In this document: piece by piece, positions 30,182-40,004 of the stretch
How the letters are laid out: each line of letters starts with the position of its first letter
Position numbering within the stretch: the first letter of the stretch is position 1
Origin: a virus
Direction: 5' to 3' (one strand)
Length of the DNA stretch: 64,000 nucleotides
Virus record (IMG/VR): IMGVR_UViG_3300030329_006193
Location: 1-64,000 of that record
Position numbers and translations under genes: made by a program
Notes under the pieces: generated by a model
What the model was told of the DNA's origin: nothing
The model's input: the letters and a program-made list of their open reading frames with translations, nothing else
The model's database searches: none

Positions 30182-30577
30182 TTATATGCTATCCACACTT
30201 ACACTCAAATTCTCCATAATCTGAAGGGGCTTGATAGTGAAAGCAATGTCGACACTTAGTGTGTGGGGATACAAGTCCGGATTGCTCTCTGGAATCTTAA
30301 ATTTAATGTCATCAATCCTCAGATATGGTAAATAGGTACGAACTTGGCTAAGAATCTTCGAAGATATAGCAGAATAGGTGGCCTGTTCATTAAACTCGAA
30401 AAGATAGTTACGTAGACCCACTCCAAAATTAGGATCCATAATCCGCTCTCCGGGGGCGGTAAGCACCAACATCTTCAAGTTCTGCAGAGCTACTTGATTG
30501 AAGCTGGTGTTAAGATTGTAAGCCCCAAAAACATCACTAGTATTAAGGGGAAGCATTGGCGAAAGCCCCGAACTCAT
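30182..30577 (-). CDS. baseplate wedge / sheath initiator gp25-like
   Basis: QNLKMLVLTAPGERIMDPNFGVGLRNYLFE is the GPW/gp25 signature. Confidence 0.9.
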   Translation of the reverse strand: MSSGLSPMLPLNTSDVFGAYNLNTSFNQVALQNLKMLVLTAPGERIMDPNFGVGLRNYLFEFNEQATYSAISSKILSQVRTYLPYLRIDDIKFKIPESNPDLYPHTLSVDIAFTIKPLQIMENLSVSVDSI

Positions 30578-30580
30578 GTC

Positions 30581-32347
30581 TTATTCCTCCCCGTTAGTGG
30601 CAGCATCTGAGCCTTCGGATGTGTTGTCATCGCATTCCTCACCCGTCGGCGTCACATCGATCACGTCTTCAGTGGTCTCTAATTCATTATTCTTAATTAG
30701 TCCCAATAACAAATAAATCAAACCAATCGGACTGGGAGGAATCATAAACATTCCCATAATTGTGCCAGTAAAGTCGATACCCTTTTCACCGATGCGGGGA
30801 TAGAAGTTATCCGGCCGCGGGTCGGGAGGTAGCGGAACGCCGTTCTCATCGTATGGACCCCACGGCGGACCAGGGACTGGTACTTGTTCCTGCAGACTTA
30901 GGTCGATCAAGCAAAGGATTAATTTTAACAGGTCGTTTCCGCTTGGGCCCGTGAACGCCTCCAACTCCTCCTCGGACGCTCCCAGTTCTTCCATCACTGC
31001 CTTTTGGGCTTCGGTGATACCTTCCGCTGCAGGGTCCAGGGCCAACTCCAACTGATTGAATGCAAAGCCTGAGCCAGTTTTAATTAACTTAGACAACGCC
31101 ACGTGGGGGTCAATGAGTTCGGCTAGGCCTTTAAGGATATTGACAGGAGTCATCAAGATCATCTTCAAAATAAAGTCTTTAGCCTGAACCCCAAAATTCT
31201 CGGCATCGGGTAGCCCCCCGGTGTTAAACCCTTGGGTGGCTGCAGTGCGTCCTGTCTGGGGCTCTTTCTTATAGTCATCATTATTTCGAATAGTAGAAAG
31301 AAGGATTTCCAAGATCAAATTGTTGGTATTCTCAAACGAATCACTAATGTTTTGAAAATATTTGGTAGTTAAATAAAAGTTTTGCAGGATAGGAATGGTT
31401 ACGATGGCTTCCTTGTTGAAGGTAGTGGTGAAATACTGTTGGTAATCAGATTGATTCATAATCGCTCGGCGCTCACGGGCAGTAAGGGGCTCTAAGACGA
31501 AGCCACCGACTCCCTCCGCCAGCTCCGTTTCCTCTAATGTTTCCTCAATAGCATCATCGATGGCGCTCCCCTCAGCTCCGTACGCAGTTTCAATGAGTTG
31601 ATTCAGTGCAGTCAGGCCCGCCTGAACATTATCCATAATCGCTGTAAAGGTGCCGCGTTCGATTCGGAGAGCTACCCTATCCGCAGTAATGGGAGCTATG
31701 TTGCTTCCAAAAAGCTTGTTGTGAAGCATCACCACTCGCGTAACGATGCTGTAAGGGAGGGCAAACAAATCAGCCGGATCCAACATAAAAAGGTCCGGCG
31801 TATGGTTGCCGCCGTATTTTCGCGTCGGGCTGGCCGGTCGGGCGGCGGCCTTAAAAACAGTCTTCGAGACACTATTAAATTCGGTGCGAGGCTTATAAAT
31901 GGAGGTTCCCCATCCATTCGCACTGTTGTCAAGGTCGTCAAGGAAGGGATTATCTAAGATGTCGGCCCCATTCGCGCGCTTCAACAGCTCATACCAGCTC
32001 TCGCGCATCGAGGAATTCTTACCTCCAATGTTTCCTATATCTCCGTTCAGACGACTATTGGGGTCTTTATAGGTGTACATAGGGGATTTAGGAACCGTCT
32101 CCACCAGCGAAGGGCCACCACCCGTGCTGGAGTTTACCTCAAAGCCAGCAAGTCGGACGCGTAATTTAAAGGCCGAGTCGTCCATAGAAATATCAAAGTT
32201 GGTGCCGCTTTCCCCAAAGATCGTGGCTTTATAGAGTTCGGTTACCTGTACCTGGGTGGGGTCCCCTTCCAGGAGTTGGACCCAATGGATGGACTCATCC
32301 AGGGGAAGCAACTCGGATACAACTAAATTTATTTCTTCGTCTGCCAT
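30581..32347 (-). CDS. hypothetical acidic virion-associated protein with a C-terminal hydrophobic segment
   Basis: 588 aa; FTGTIMGMFMIPPSPIGLIYLLLGLI; lies between the spike genes and gp25. Confidence 0.55.
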   Translation of the reverse strand: MADEEINLVVSELLPLDESIHWVQLLEGDPTQVQVTELYKATIFGESGTNFDISMDDSAFKLRVRLAGFEVNSSTGGGPSLVETVPKSPMYTYKDPNSRLNGDIGNIGGKNSSMRESWYELLKRANGADILDNPFLDDLDNSANGWGTSIYKPRTEFNSVSKTVFKAAARPASPTRKYGGNHTPDLFMLDPADLFALPYSIVTRVVMLHNKLFGSNIAPITADRVALRIERGTFTAIMDNVQAGLTALNQLIETAYGAEGSAIDDAIEETLEETELAEGVGGFVLEPLTARERRAIMNQSDYQQYFTTTFNKEAIVTIPILQNFYLTTKYFQNISDSFENTNNLILEILLSTIRNNDDYKKEPQTGRTAATQGFNTGGLPDAENFGVQAKDFILKMILMTPVNILKGLAELIDPHVALSKLIKTGSGFAFNQLELALDPAAEGITEAQKAVMEELGASEEELEAFTGPSGNDLLKLILCLIDLSLQEQVPVPGPPWGPYDENGVPLPPDPRPDNFYPRIGEKGIDFTGTIMGMFMIPPSPIGLIYLLLGLIKNNELETTEDVIDVTPTGEECDDNTSEGSDAATNGEE

Positions 32348-32350
32348 CTT

Positions 32351-35300
32351 TTAATCCTCACTTGGGGGCCAGTTTAATGCTGGTGGCCCACTCGGCGCGT
32401 CGCCGGGGTCCGCCTCCTCTTGGCCTCCCGTTGGTGGAGGCGGCTCGCCTTCCGGACATATGCGGGACGGATCCACGGTCACCCCTAGACTTTCCATAAC
32501 TGATGCTGTAGATCTATCAATACAATCAGTTCGAATGCCTTCGGTGGTAGCGCTTTCAGCAAGCTCCTGGCTTACCAGCGGGGAAAGCGGGTTGCCATCG
32601 GGGTCGAAGGTGTTGGGGCACCCACGGCCACGAGGGACGGTGCCCCCAAATGCATAGATTTGATCAATTTGTGACTGATCTAGGCAATCCGGGCGCTCTT
32701 CGGCGGTCACCACTATCTCCCCAGATCGGATGCGATCGAACATCGAAGGTTGGGGTTCCCCCACTGGAATAGAATTCTGAAGAGAGAAGATTGGCGCAAG
32801 AGTGCCATCCGCATGATAGTACCACACCTTAATCCGGGCGCGGGGGCGACTGAGTGGTCCGTCAATTAGCTTCCGGGTTACAAAGACCTGACAGGTGTCA
32901 TTCCCCTCCGTGAAGACATTGTTAGCGAGGGGCGCAATAAAGTCTATGGTGTCATAATCCGCGGTATATGTCGGTAGACTCGCCAAAAAGGCTTCGTCCA
33001 TGGGGAGAGGGGAATTGTCAGGAAGGGCATTGCGCAAAACATTATTGATGGCGGTGCCCCCAATGACCAAACGATCCTCGATCAGGTAGTTGATAATATC
33101 GTTAAAACTAGCAGAATTCTCCTCGCCATGAATAGTAAACCTCGTGCCTGGTAAAAAGGCGACTCTACCATCTCCATAACGGATGCCTCCCTGGCTTACC
33201 ACCAGTTGCCGCTGAATTTTACGATTAAAATACGCGACAAGGTCCTGTTGAATTGTCAATTCATTCTGGCGAGCTTGCGCATCTACAAGGCGATCAATGG
33301 CCATCACCAATTGGGAACGCAAAAATGCAAAAATAAAGCCGTCGCGATTGGTAAGAATCGTATCGACGCGGAAAGCTGTAAGGACAAAAATGTTCTTCAC
33401 AATGATCTCCGCAATATTAGACTGCACAAACATCAAATATAAGCCGTACTTAATGATATTCCGCACCGTCTCACGAAGCGGAGGCTTTGGCGAATCGTTA
33501 CTGCACCGGGCTTCGACATATTCTGCTCGCATTTGCTCGAAGATCCCCTCGATATCTAATAGGTCTCCCGATTCCGACGGCGGGCAATTAGGCGGTGACG
33601 GCAGAAGATTAAGTTGCTGCATAGTGGCCGCATCAAAAACGCCGTTACGCACCGTATAATCAAACATGCGATCCACCAAGCTGGCATAAGCAGCCGGAAA
33701 GTGTTTAGCCTCAACGAGGCGCTTCTCTTCGATAGTGAGAGGGGTCTCTTCCTGCGTGAACGAATTGTAATTGGTAAACTTGTCTACAAACTGCTTAACA
33801 TAGACATTCTGAAAATCTTGAGTCACCTGCTCAAATTCTTGTTCCGCCACGCTGGTAGTAATAAAATTGGCAACTTTTTGCTCCGGAATGAAATCTCCAT
33901 CCGATTGAAACTCTAACGCCAGATTAGGAATATCGGGGGCCTCGCGCGGATAACTCAGGCGCATATAGCTACGGGTTATTTCCAGGTCACTGTCGGCAAA
34001 CTGCGCCACCGAATCGCGTACGTACCCCACGATATCCTCAGTGAAGGTGATAGTACAGTTATGCACGTCTTCGTAAAGTTTTGCAGCCTCTGCAATTATT
34101 CCCCCTAACTGCAAACGGTCGCCCTCTGCGCCAAAGTAATCCTGAACCGCTATCAGAAGCTGTGGAGTTAACTGTTTCAGAGGTATGGAGGTGCTGGCCT
34201 GGCCCGCGAAGCGTAACTGATTGTAGGCCACCGGGGCATACTCCAAAAACGTGGGGAGGGTCGCAAGCACCGAGGTGGAAGTAGCACCCCGTTCGGCCAT
34301 GAAAGTCTGGTAATTATACCCTGGCTCCTGGCGGAAGGTAACCATTAAAATATTCCACAAAATGCGAGAAAGAATCTTCTCGGGATCTAAGCAGCCGCTG
34401 GTGGCAACAATGTTGCCTCCTACGTCAAGTTGGCCGATACTAGTCACCTGCTCCGTCATCTGTTCTGCCAGCGTCATATCGCGAGCGCCAAAATTAAAAG
34501 GAGTTAAAAACGGAAAATTAAACTCTAGGTGGATGGGGCGATAAGAAGCGTCGGCCAGCTCTAGAGCGGAAAAACCAGCATCAGGGTTCTGAGTGGCCTT
34601 GGAGTTAAAGTAAAGAGGAATAGAGACGCGCCCGTTAGCGTAAGACATTTCTCTCATATCAATATAATTCACGTAATCTTGTAAGAAGTTGAGATTAAAT
34701 CGATAACTACTAAAAGCAGTGAGGCTATTGGGGCCGAGGGCGGCCATATCCTCCGGGCTCAGTTCTTCCAGTTGGCTCCTAATTCCCTCAATAGCCCCTT
34801 GAAATTCCGGATTAGCTAAAGTGCTAGTTACAGCTTCGATAGCTGCCTGGGCGGCCTCGGTTCCGGCTGCGGCATCGAAGCCCAAAATCTGAGACAAGTC
34901 GATAGGGCACGAACTCAAATCAAAACTTGCTATCTGATCAAGAACATCAATTACCTTATTAAGCACCTCGGGATTGATCTCGCCTAACTCGTCGGTGGAA
35001 ACCTCAGCGTATTCCATGTTATTGAATACATCTGACCCCCCATCGCCACTTACTAAGCGCGGCTCTAAAAGACTCTCGCGCACCGAAGTTACAGATTCGA
35101 GAAATTGAAGTTCCACAACCTGTGTCAGGGTAGAGAATACTTCCGGGATTGACACGGTGATAGTGCGATCGCTCAAGAACCCAGCCTTGTCCGGGCAATC
35201 CATGTTTATCTCAGGCAATTCTATTTGGAGGCCGTTATCGATAAGATCTACCAAAGTTAACGCATCGGCGGATAAAGGGTCGTAGGGAGTCAAGCACACT

Positions 35301-37372
35301 TCAATACTATCGCGATTGATAACATACACCTCGTTCGCAATGGCATTACACAATTCCCCTACGTTCATAAACTTGCTGATTTGAGTAAAGAAGGTGAGGA
35401 CTTGGGATGGAGTGACCATCCCTGTGTTGACGTACTCCAGAGGGTAAGCCGCATTAAAAGCGATGATCTTATCTATTAGCTCGTCGGACGCTTGAGGGCG
35501 AACAGAGTCCTGCAAGAGAATGCATACATCCATGGAACTCAAAATCGAAGATAGCGCAGTTAAATAAGCGAGGAACTCTTCTAACGTCAGATTGAAAGCT
35601 AGCGCAGCTTGATTGGCGGCGTTGCCGGCGCCGCCCAACCGATCGGGGAGAGAGTTATCAAAAAGATCCGCCAAATCATTTGCTCCATGATCCTGAGATC
35701 TGGGATTATTAAGTGGACACGAAAACTTAATCATTTCTGCGAGCTTTTGAATCATTTCCAGAGCTGTCTGCTGGAGCGTATCCACAATAACCCGGAGCAC
35801 AGCCTTGTGCAAATCTCCATCAATGCTGAACACCTTCATCATGTCGAGATCGATCTTGGGTTTGGTAATGTCGCCCCCGGCTCGAGGCATGGGAGGAGGA
35901 TAGTAAAGAGAAGAACCTAACTCCGCTAACGACTTCTGAACCGCTTTGGTGATCCGGCTCATTTCAAAGTTAAGCCCAAAGGTCACACATAACATTGCCT
36001 CTTTGGCCAAATCAGTGAGCCCTAATTCCCGAAAGAGCAACTCGATGATAGGATTCTTACTAATAAAGCCCATGGGCCCCTGTTGAAGAATATTATCCAG
36101 CTTTTGAGTGATCTCCACCCCTTTTTTCAGGGCCTTTTCCATGTTTGCTTTCTGAACGCGCTGATACACTTCGGGATTGTCGGCAACTTGCATCTTCAGC
36201 TTTGTCAACTCTTCCGAAGTAAAGGCCGTTTTAAACCCTTTTTCTAGCTGTTCGGTATTGTTGACGTCAATAAGGCCGAACTCTTTGGCCGCATTAATGA
36301 AAAGGTTTTCTGCTTCCTCTTTAGGATTCATCTGGGACAATTCATTGATAAACCCACCGAGAGGACCATCTTTAAATTCTTCTCCTAGGGCGCCCTGTAC
36401 ATCCGGGTTATCTAGAAAATTAAAAAACGAAAAGTTAGTGGGGCCCTCCGGAGTACTCATACCATCGAGAATAGACTGATAGTTTTTAAGAGTAGCCAGC
36501 GTAAGAGGATCTCCGAGCTGCTTATTGTACTTAATATTAGAGAGATAACCTACTTTGAGAGGGCGTGATCCTAGGCCGTCTTCAACCAGGAGGTAATCAA
36601 TGCGTGTAATGGCAATCCGGGGTATCTTCCCCTCTTCTTCCTTCGTTCCAAAATAAACAGTTAATTGATCTGCTTCTGTAAACTGGAAAGAGGGGCGCCC
36701 TACCATTAACTGCGTGGTTAAAAGAGAGACTACCAAGTTGAGCGCGTTCTGAGTTCCCATCTGAACCCCGGTGAAGTCCACACCGAGGGGGCCAGGCAAC
36801 TGTCCCTCATAGCCTACCATCTGATCATTGAAGGCTTTAAGGCCGTCATTCAACGCATTATTGGTTTGACCCATTGTACCCACCGCAAACGAGGCCGCGG
36901 AATTGGTGTCCCCAATAGACTGTTGTTCATTAAAGAAGGTCAACGTCTGTTCAAACGCAGGAAGTTTGTTGTCCTCTAGCAAGCTTCTGCGCTTGTTGTC
37001 CACACTGTAGGAAGTAAGCTTACACACCACTGCAGCATTCTGAGGATTAATTGGATCCTGGAAGGCACCCTCGATAGATATGCGGCGGCGTACGCTACCC
37101 AGCAGGTCGTCGGCTGCATCTGTGTCAGCGTTCTCATAGGTAGAGAAAGTGCCCGGGCTATAGAGATAAGTATAAAATTCCGGAAAGAAGTAAGTGATAA
37201 AGCGATTGAGGGCGCGTTGCTCAATCATCTCCTCATCGACCGATGTATAAAGGCGCGGGACAAGGGGGGACCCCGCAAAGTCCGCCTTAGGAAAAGATAG
37301 CTTCACTCGGTAAATGTCATCACCAGATTGGTAGAAGGGGATATTAAATTTTTTACCAGGATACTTTTTCAT
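32351..37372 (-). CDS. large helical hypothetical virion protein
   Basis: 1673 aa, acidic and helical, with two 27-aa Cys-containing repeats at the C-terminus; baseplate-module context. Confidence 0.6.
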   Translation of the reverse strand: MKKYPGKKFNIPFYQSGDDIYRVKLSFPKADFAGSPLVPRLYTSVDEEMIEQRALNRFITYFFPEFYTYLYSPGTFSTYENADTDAADDLLGSVRRRISIEGAFQDPINPQNAAVVCKLTSYSVDNKRRSLLEDNKLPAFEQTLTFFNEQQSIGDTNSAASFAVGTMGQTNNALNDGLKAFNDQMVGYEGQLPGPLGVDFTGVQMGTQNALNLVVSLLTTQLMVGRPSFQFTEADQLTVYFGTKEEEGKIPRIAITRIDYLLVEDGLGSRPLKVGYLSNIKYNKQLGDPLTLATLKNYQSILDGMSTPEGPTNFSFFNFLDNPDVQGALGEEFKDGPLGGFINELSQMNPKEEAENLFINAAKEFGLIDVNNTEQLEKGFKTAFTSEELTKLKMQVADNPEVYQRVQKANMEKALKKGVEITQKLDNILQQGPMGFISKNPIIELLFRELGLTDLAKEAMLCVTFGLNFEMSRITKAVQKSLAELGSSLYYPPPMPRAGGDITKPKIDLDMMKVFSIDGDLHKAVLRVIVDTLQQTALEMIQKLAEMIKFSCPLNNPRSQDHGANDLADLFDNSLPDRLGGAGNAANQAALAFNLTLEEFLAYLTALSSILSSMDVCILLQDSVRPQASDELIDKIIAFNAAYPLEYVNTGMVTPSQVLTFFTQISKFMNVGELCNAIANEVYVINRDSIEVCLTPYDPLSADALTLVDLIDNGLQIELPEINMDCPDKAGFLSDRTITVSIPEVFSTLTQVVELQFLESVTSVRESLLEPRLVSGDGGSDVFNNMEYAEVSTDELGEINPEVLNKVIDVLDQIASFDLSSCPIDLSQILGFDAAAGTEAAQAAIEAVTSTLANPEFQGAIEGIRSQLEELSPEDMAALGPNSLTAFSSYRFNLNFLQDYVNYIDMREMSYANGRVSIPLYFNSKATQNPDAGFSALELADASYRPIHLEFNFPFLTPFNFGARDMTLAEQMTEQVTSIGQLDVGGNIVATSGCLDPEKILSRILWNILMVTFRQEPGYNYQTFMAERGATSTSVLATLPTFLEYAPVAYNQLRFAGQASTSIPLKQLTPQLLIAVQDYFGAEGDRLQLGGIIAEAAKLYEDVHNCTITFTEDIVGYVRDSVAQFADSDLEITRSYMRLSYPREAPDIPNLALEFQSDGDFIPEQKVANFITTSVAEQEFEQVTQDFQNVYVKQFVDKFTNYNSFTQEETPLTIEEKRLVEAKHFPAAYASLVDRMFDYTVRNGVFDAATMQQLNLLPSPPNCPPSESGDLLDIEGIFEQMRAEYVEARCSNDSPKPPLRETVRNIIKYGLYLMFVQSNIAEIIVKNIFVLTAFRVDTILTNRDGFIFAFLRSQLVMAIDRLVDAQARQNELTIQQDLVAYFNRKIQRQLVVSQGGIRYGDGRVAFLPGTRFTIHGEENSASFNDIINYLIEDRLVIGGTAINNVLRNALPDNSPLPMDEAFLASLPTYTADYDTIDFIAPLANNVFTEGNDTCQVFVTRKLIDGPLSRPRARIKVWYYHADGTLAPIFSLQNSIPVGEPQPSMFDRIRSGEIVVTAEERPDCLDQSQIDQIYAFGGTVPRGRGCPNTFDPDGNPLSPLVSQELAESATTEGIRTDCIDRSTASVMESLGVTVDPSRICPEGEPPPPTGGQEEADPGDAPSGPPALNWPPSED

Positions 37373-37385
37373 AACATTCTGTGCC

Positions 37386-38378
37386 CTAATTGGCGTGGTT
37401 ATATTTGCTTAAAATATAAAGACTTTTACCATCTTCAACAGTCTCGGCTCCTCCCGGCGCTTCTAAATAATTGTTTTGTAACATTGCTAGTGACTGTACG
37501 TGGGACTGTAGTTGCACTTCCACATTTGTAAGCTTATTAACCAAGCTTTCTGTTCCTTTGGGAAGCAAGTCATCCAAAGCGGGAGACGTTTTGATTCCAT
37601 AAAAAGGAGAATAATGTGTGTGAGTGAGCAAAGCCTGGGTTAACTCGCGATCATAGGTAACAAAGTTTTTAAACAAGGTCCTAAGTTCGGCAATCTGATC
37701 AATGAGGCCCTTAAGAAACTCATTGAGATTGTCTCCCTTCACCATAGGCTGTACCATTCCCGGCCTATCATCGTTCATGGCAATCAGATTAATCCCGTAC
37801 ACCGCCTGATCAATCCCGTCAAGATTGGCTCCCTGCGAATTCTTACGATCGGTTTTTGTCACCAGTTTAATGTTTTCCCGTGCTACAAAACGCAACGTAT
37901 CGGCTTTAAGAGCAACGGTGCTGCGTGGGCTGTCCTTTGTGGTGTTGCCCACAGTGCCCGCCGCGAGGCCGAAGTCATAATCGGGGTTCGAACGTTGGGA
38001 GAGATACATACGAGCGGCATCCAGCTTAAAGTTGGGATCTACCAAATTTTCTCCACCGCGGTCGTTATGACGTTTTGCTAAATAGCCTAGGTGGCCTGCC
38101 ACAATATCAACGGCCGCGCAGTGAGAATTTCGCTGGCCGCCGTAGCCGGAGAGTATATTACTCGGCCGATCGAGACCCAGAACGATGGAGGCATTTCCTT
38201 TGTGTTGGTACCACTCTACATTGGTGGAGATATAGGTAGGAGTATCCCATTCATTACGTCCCCCTTTTCCAAACCCAAAAAAATGGGCTTTCCCCTCATC
38301 ATCCAAGCCATCATAAAAGGCCCGCGTCTGAGCGGGGAGGCGACTGATATCAATGGCTAAACTGGTTTTACTGGTCAT
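37386..38378 (-). CDS. putative baseplate central spike (gpV/gp5 C-terminal-like)
   Basis: Beta-rich middle (VALKADTLRFVARENIKLV), QPMVKGDNL and LLTHTH (HxH tip motif); adjacent to the lysozyme gene. Confidence 0.5.
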   Translation of the reverse strand: MTSKTSLAIDISRLPAQTRAFYDGLDDEGKAHFFGFGKGGRNEWDTPTYISTNVEWYQHKGNASIVLGLDRPSNILSGYGGQRNSHCAAVDIVAGHLGYLAKRHNDRGGENLVDPNFKLDAARMYLSQRSNPDYDFGLAAGTVGNTTKDSPRSTVALKADTLRFVARENIKLVTKTDRKNSQGANLDGIDQAVYGINLIAMNDDRPGMVQPMVKGDNLNEFLKGLIDQIAELRTLFKNFVTYDRELTQALLTHTHYSPFYGIKTSPALDDLLPKGTESLVNKLTNVEVQLQSHVQSLAMLQNNYLEAPGGAETVEDGKSLYILSKYNHAN

Positions 38379-38427
38379 GGTCTAGTCCCTTTCCCCTATC
38401 TCGCAACAGATGAGCAGAGTGCAGTCA

Positions 38428-39696
38428 TCAGGCATTCCACCTCTCCTTAACTCGGCGCCGAGTAATGAGTTTTTGAGGATGCTCCGGGTCGGCATAGCCG
38501 GGATTCATACGAGCTGTTGTGGCATTTCCTATAACATAACTGTCGGGCTTCCCGATAGCTTTGGGGTAAAAAACTATAAAGTACCAATCCACCTCTTCGG
38601 ACATGGTTCCCCTCTTGTTCTTCTGGAAGTATTTTTCTACGTAATCCAGTTGCTTCTCGGGGCCCATCTTCAGCAATTCTTCTACTGTTGTCCCCAAAGA
38701 ACCGGCCGTGCCAGCGGAGGAGAACTCTGGCATAAATTGTATGAGGCCGGTAGCCGAGGTGTTGTGATTTATGGCGTAGGGATCAAATGTGCCACTTTCT
38801 TTTTTAAAAATCTTTTCGAGCGTAGCCACGGACATCCCCAGGTTGGCGGCTACTTGATCAATCTTTGACTGATTTTTTCTCTTAAGGGTCTGCTGATCGG
38901 ATAGGGATAAGATGGCATTATCGTCCCAATCCCTATTTCTCTTTTTAGCGAGACTCTGATCGGTGAATATTTGTTTACGGATAGCTTTAAGGGATTTAGC
39001 ATGGTCCTTCATCCGCTTTTGAGCGGGCGTATCCTCTTGGGTCCCAGATCCAGGAGGGACAATTTGAGACACAGGAACCGGTGCGGCATTTCGATCTTGC
39101 CATTTCTGGGCTAACTGTCCCTTCCATTTTTTGCATCCACGATCATTTAAATTGGCCGCGTTGGTGGTTAAACCCTCAGTAACCACTCGAACTATAAGAG
39201 GGGCACCTAAATTCTTAGGATCTTGATATTGAACGGTCACTGCTGAACCCAGGGGAATGGGAGAAGTTAAACCAGCGATGTTAGCATAAACCTCGGGAAG
39301 TGACATGGTGACAGGATCCTCCAGATCCCCCATGCCTGGAACTGGACGAGGATCGATTTCGGGAATGAAGACCTTATAAGCGGTACGACGAGTCTTCTCT
39401 ATATCATCATAGGTGTCGGTAGCAACGTTGGGAGGCGGGTTCTGATATTGCCTTAAAAGACCCGCCTTGTCCGAAAACCCGGGGAAGTCGACTTCATATT
39501 GCGCGACCACGATCCCCACATATTCGGAGCGATTACCGATAGTATCGGGCGCATAGGCATTGGCCTGTGTACGACGTAAGGAGGCTACCGCTGTGGTGCG
39601 GCGCGGATCCCCGGTAGTTCCGGTAGCGTTAGAGTCCTGTAAGGTGTTAAGGCTTCCGTTCTGGAGGTCTCGAAGATCTAGGCCGGTACCACTCAT
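38428..39696 (-). CDS. baseplate hub protein with C-terminal lytic transglycosylase (SLT) domain
   Basis: KKESGTFDPYAIN...SATGLIQFMP...QLDYVEKYF SLT motifs; N-terminal gp5-OB-like YKVFIPE...PLGSAVTVQYQD. Confidence 0.78.
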   Translation of the reverse strand: MSGTGLDLRDLQNGSLNTLQDSNATGTTGDPRRTTAVASLRRTQANAYAPDTIGNRSEYVGIVVAQYEVDFPGFSDKAGLLRQYQNPPPNVATDTYDDIEKTRRTAYKVFIPEIDPRPVPGMGDLEDPVTMSLPEVYANIAGLTSPIPLGSAVTVQYQDPKNLGAPLIVRVVTEGLTTNAANLNDRGCKKWKGQLAQKWQDRNAAPVPVSQIVPPGSGTQEDTPAQKRMKDHAKSLKAIRKQIFTDQSLAKKRNRDWDDNAILSLSDQQTLKRKNQSKIDQVAANLGMSVATLEKIFKKESGTFDPYAINHNTSATGLIQFMPEFSSAGTAGSLGTTVEELLKMGPEKQLDYVEKYFQKNKRGTMSEEVDWYFIVFYPKAIGKPDSYVIGNATTARMNPGYADPEHPQKLITRRRVKERWNA

Positions 39697-40004
39697 TATT
39701 CCGGCTCCGGATTGTCATTGAGGAGGTCAAAAAGGTGCTCCTTATCATCAGCAGTGAGACCAAATTCTTGCGACTTCTGTTTCTGGAGAAGCGCTGTGAG
39801 CTTAACAAGCTGCTCGTTAGAGCGTTGGAGGTTTTCTACGTACTTGGCTGCGATAGGGCCCATTTCTTTCCGGGCGGCATCCGACAATTTCATGTCGTTA
39901 ATAGTATCCATTAGGAGCGACTTGGCCATGGCGCGGTCTTCCCGAATGTTCGTTGTGGTTTCTGTTATGTAATCATCTAGAGTTAGATTTCGCCGTTTTC
40001 CCAT
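39696..40004 (-). CDS. helical hypothetical protein (weakly terminase-small-subunit-like)
   Basis: 102 aa with a coiled-coil AKYVENLQRSNEQLVKL; coupled to both neighbours. Function is a guess. Confidence 0.45.
   Translation of the reverse strand: MGKRRNLTLDDYITETTTNIREDRAMAKSLLMDTINDMKLSDAARKEMGPIAAKYVENLQRSNEQLVKLTALLQKQKSQEFGLTADDKEHLFDLLNDNPEPE

Noticed and set aside
38382-38435. 17-aa Cys-rich mini-ORF (MPDDCTLLICCEIGERD) between the hub and spike genes
   Set aside because: Too short to support without conservation data.
5074-39696. Baseplate genes as a bacterial eCIS/T6SS/tailocin, or the glycan locus as a host O-antigen cluster or giant-virus DNA
   Set aside because: The primase, resolvase, phage-type sigma, PhoH, tRNA, SD-type RBSs, dense unknown ORFs and the lack of Wzx/Wzy or bacterial housekeeping synteny all indicate a large tailed phage.
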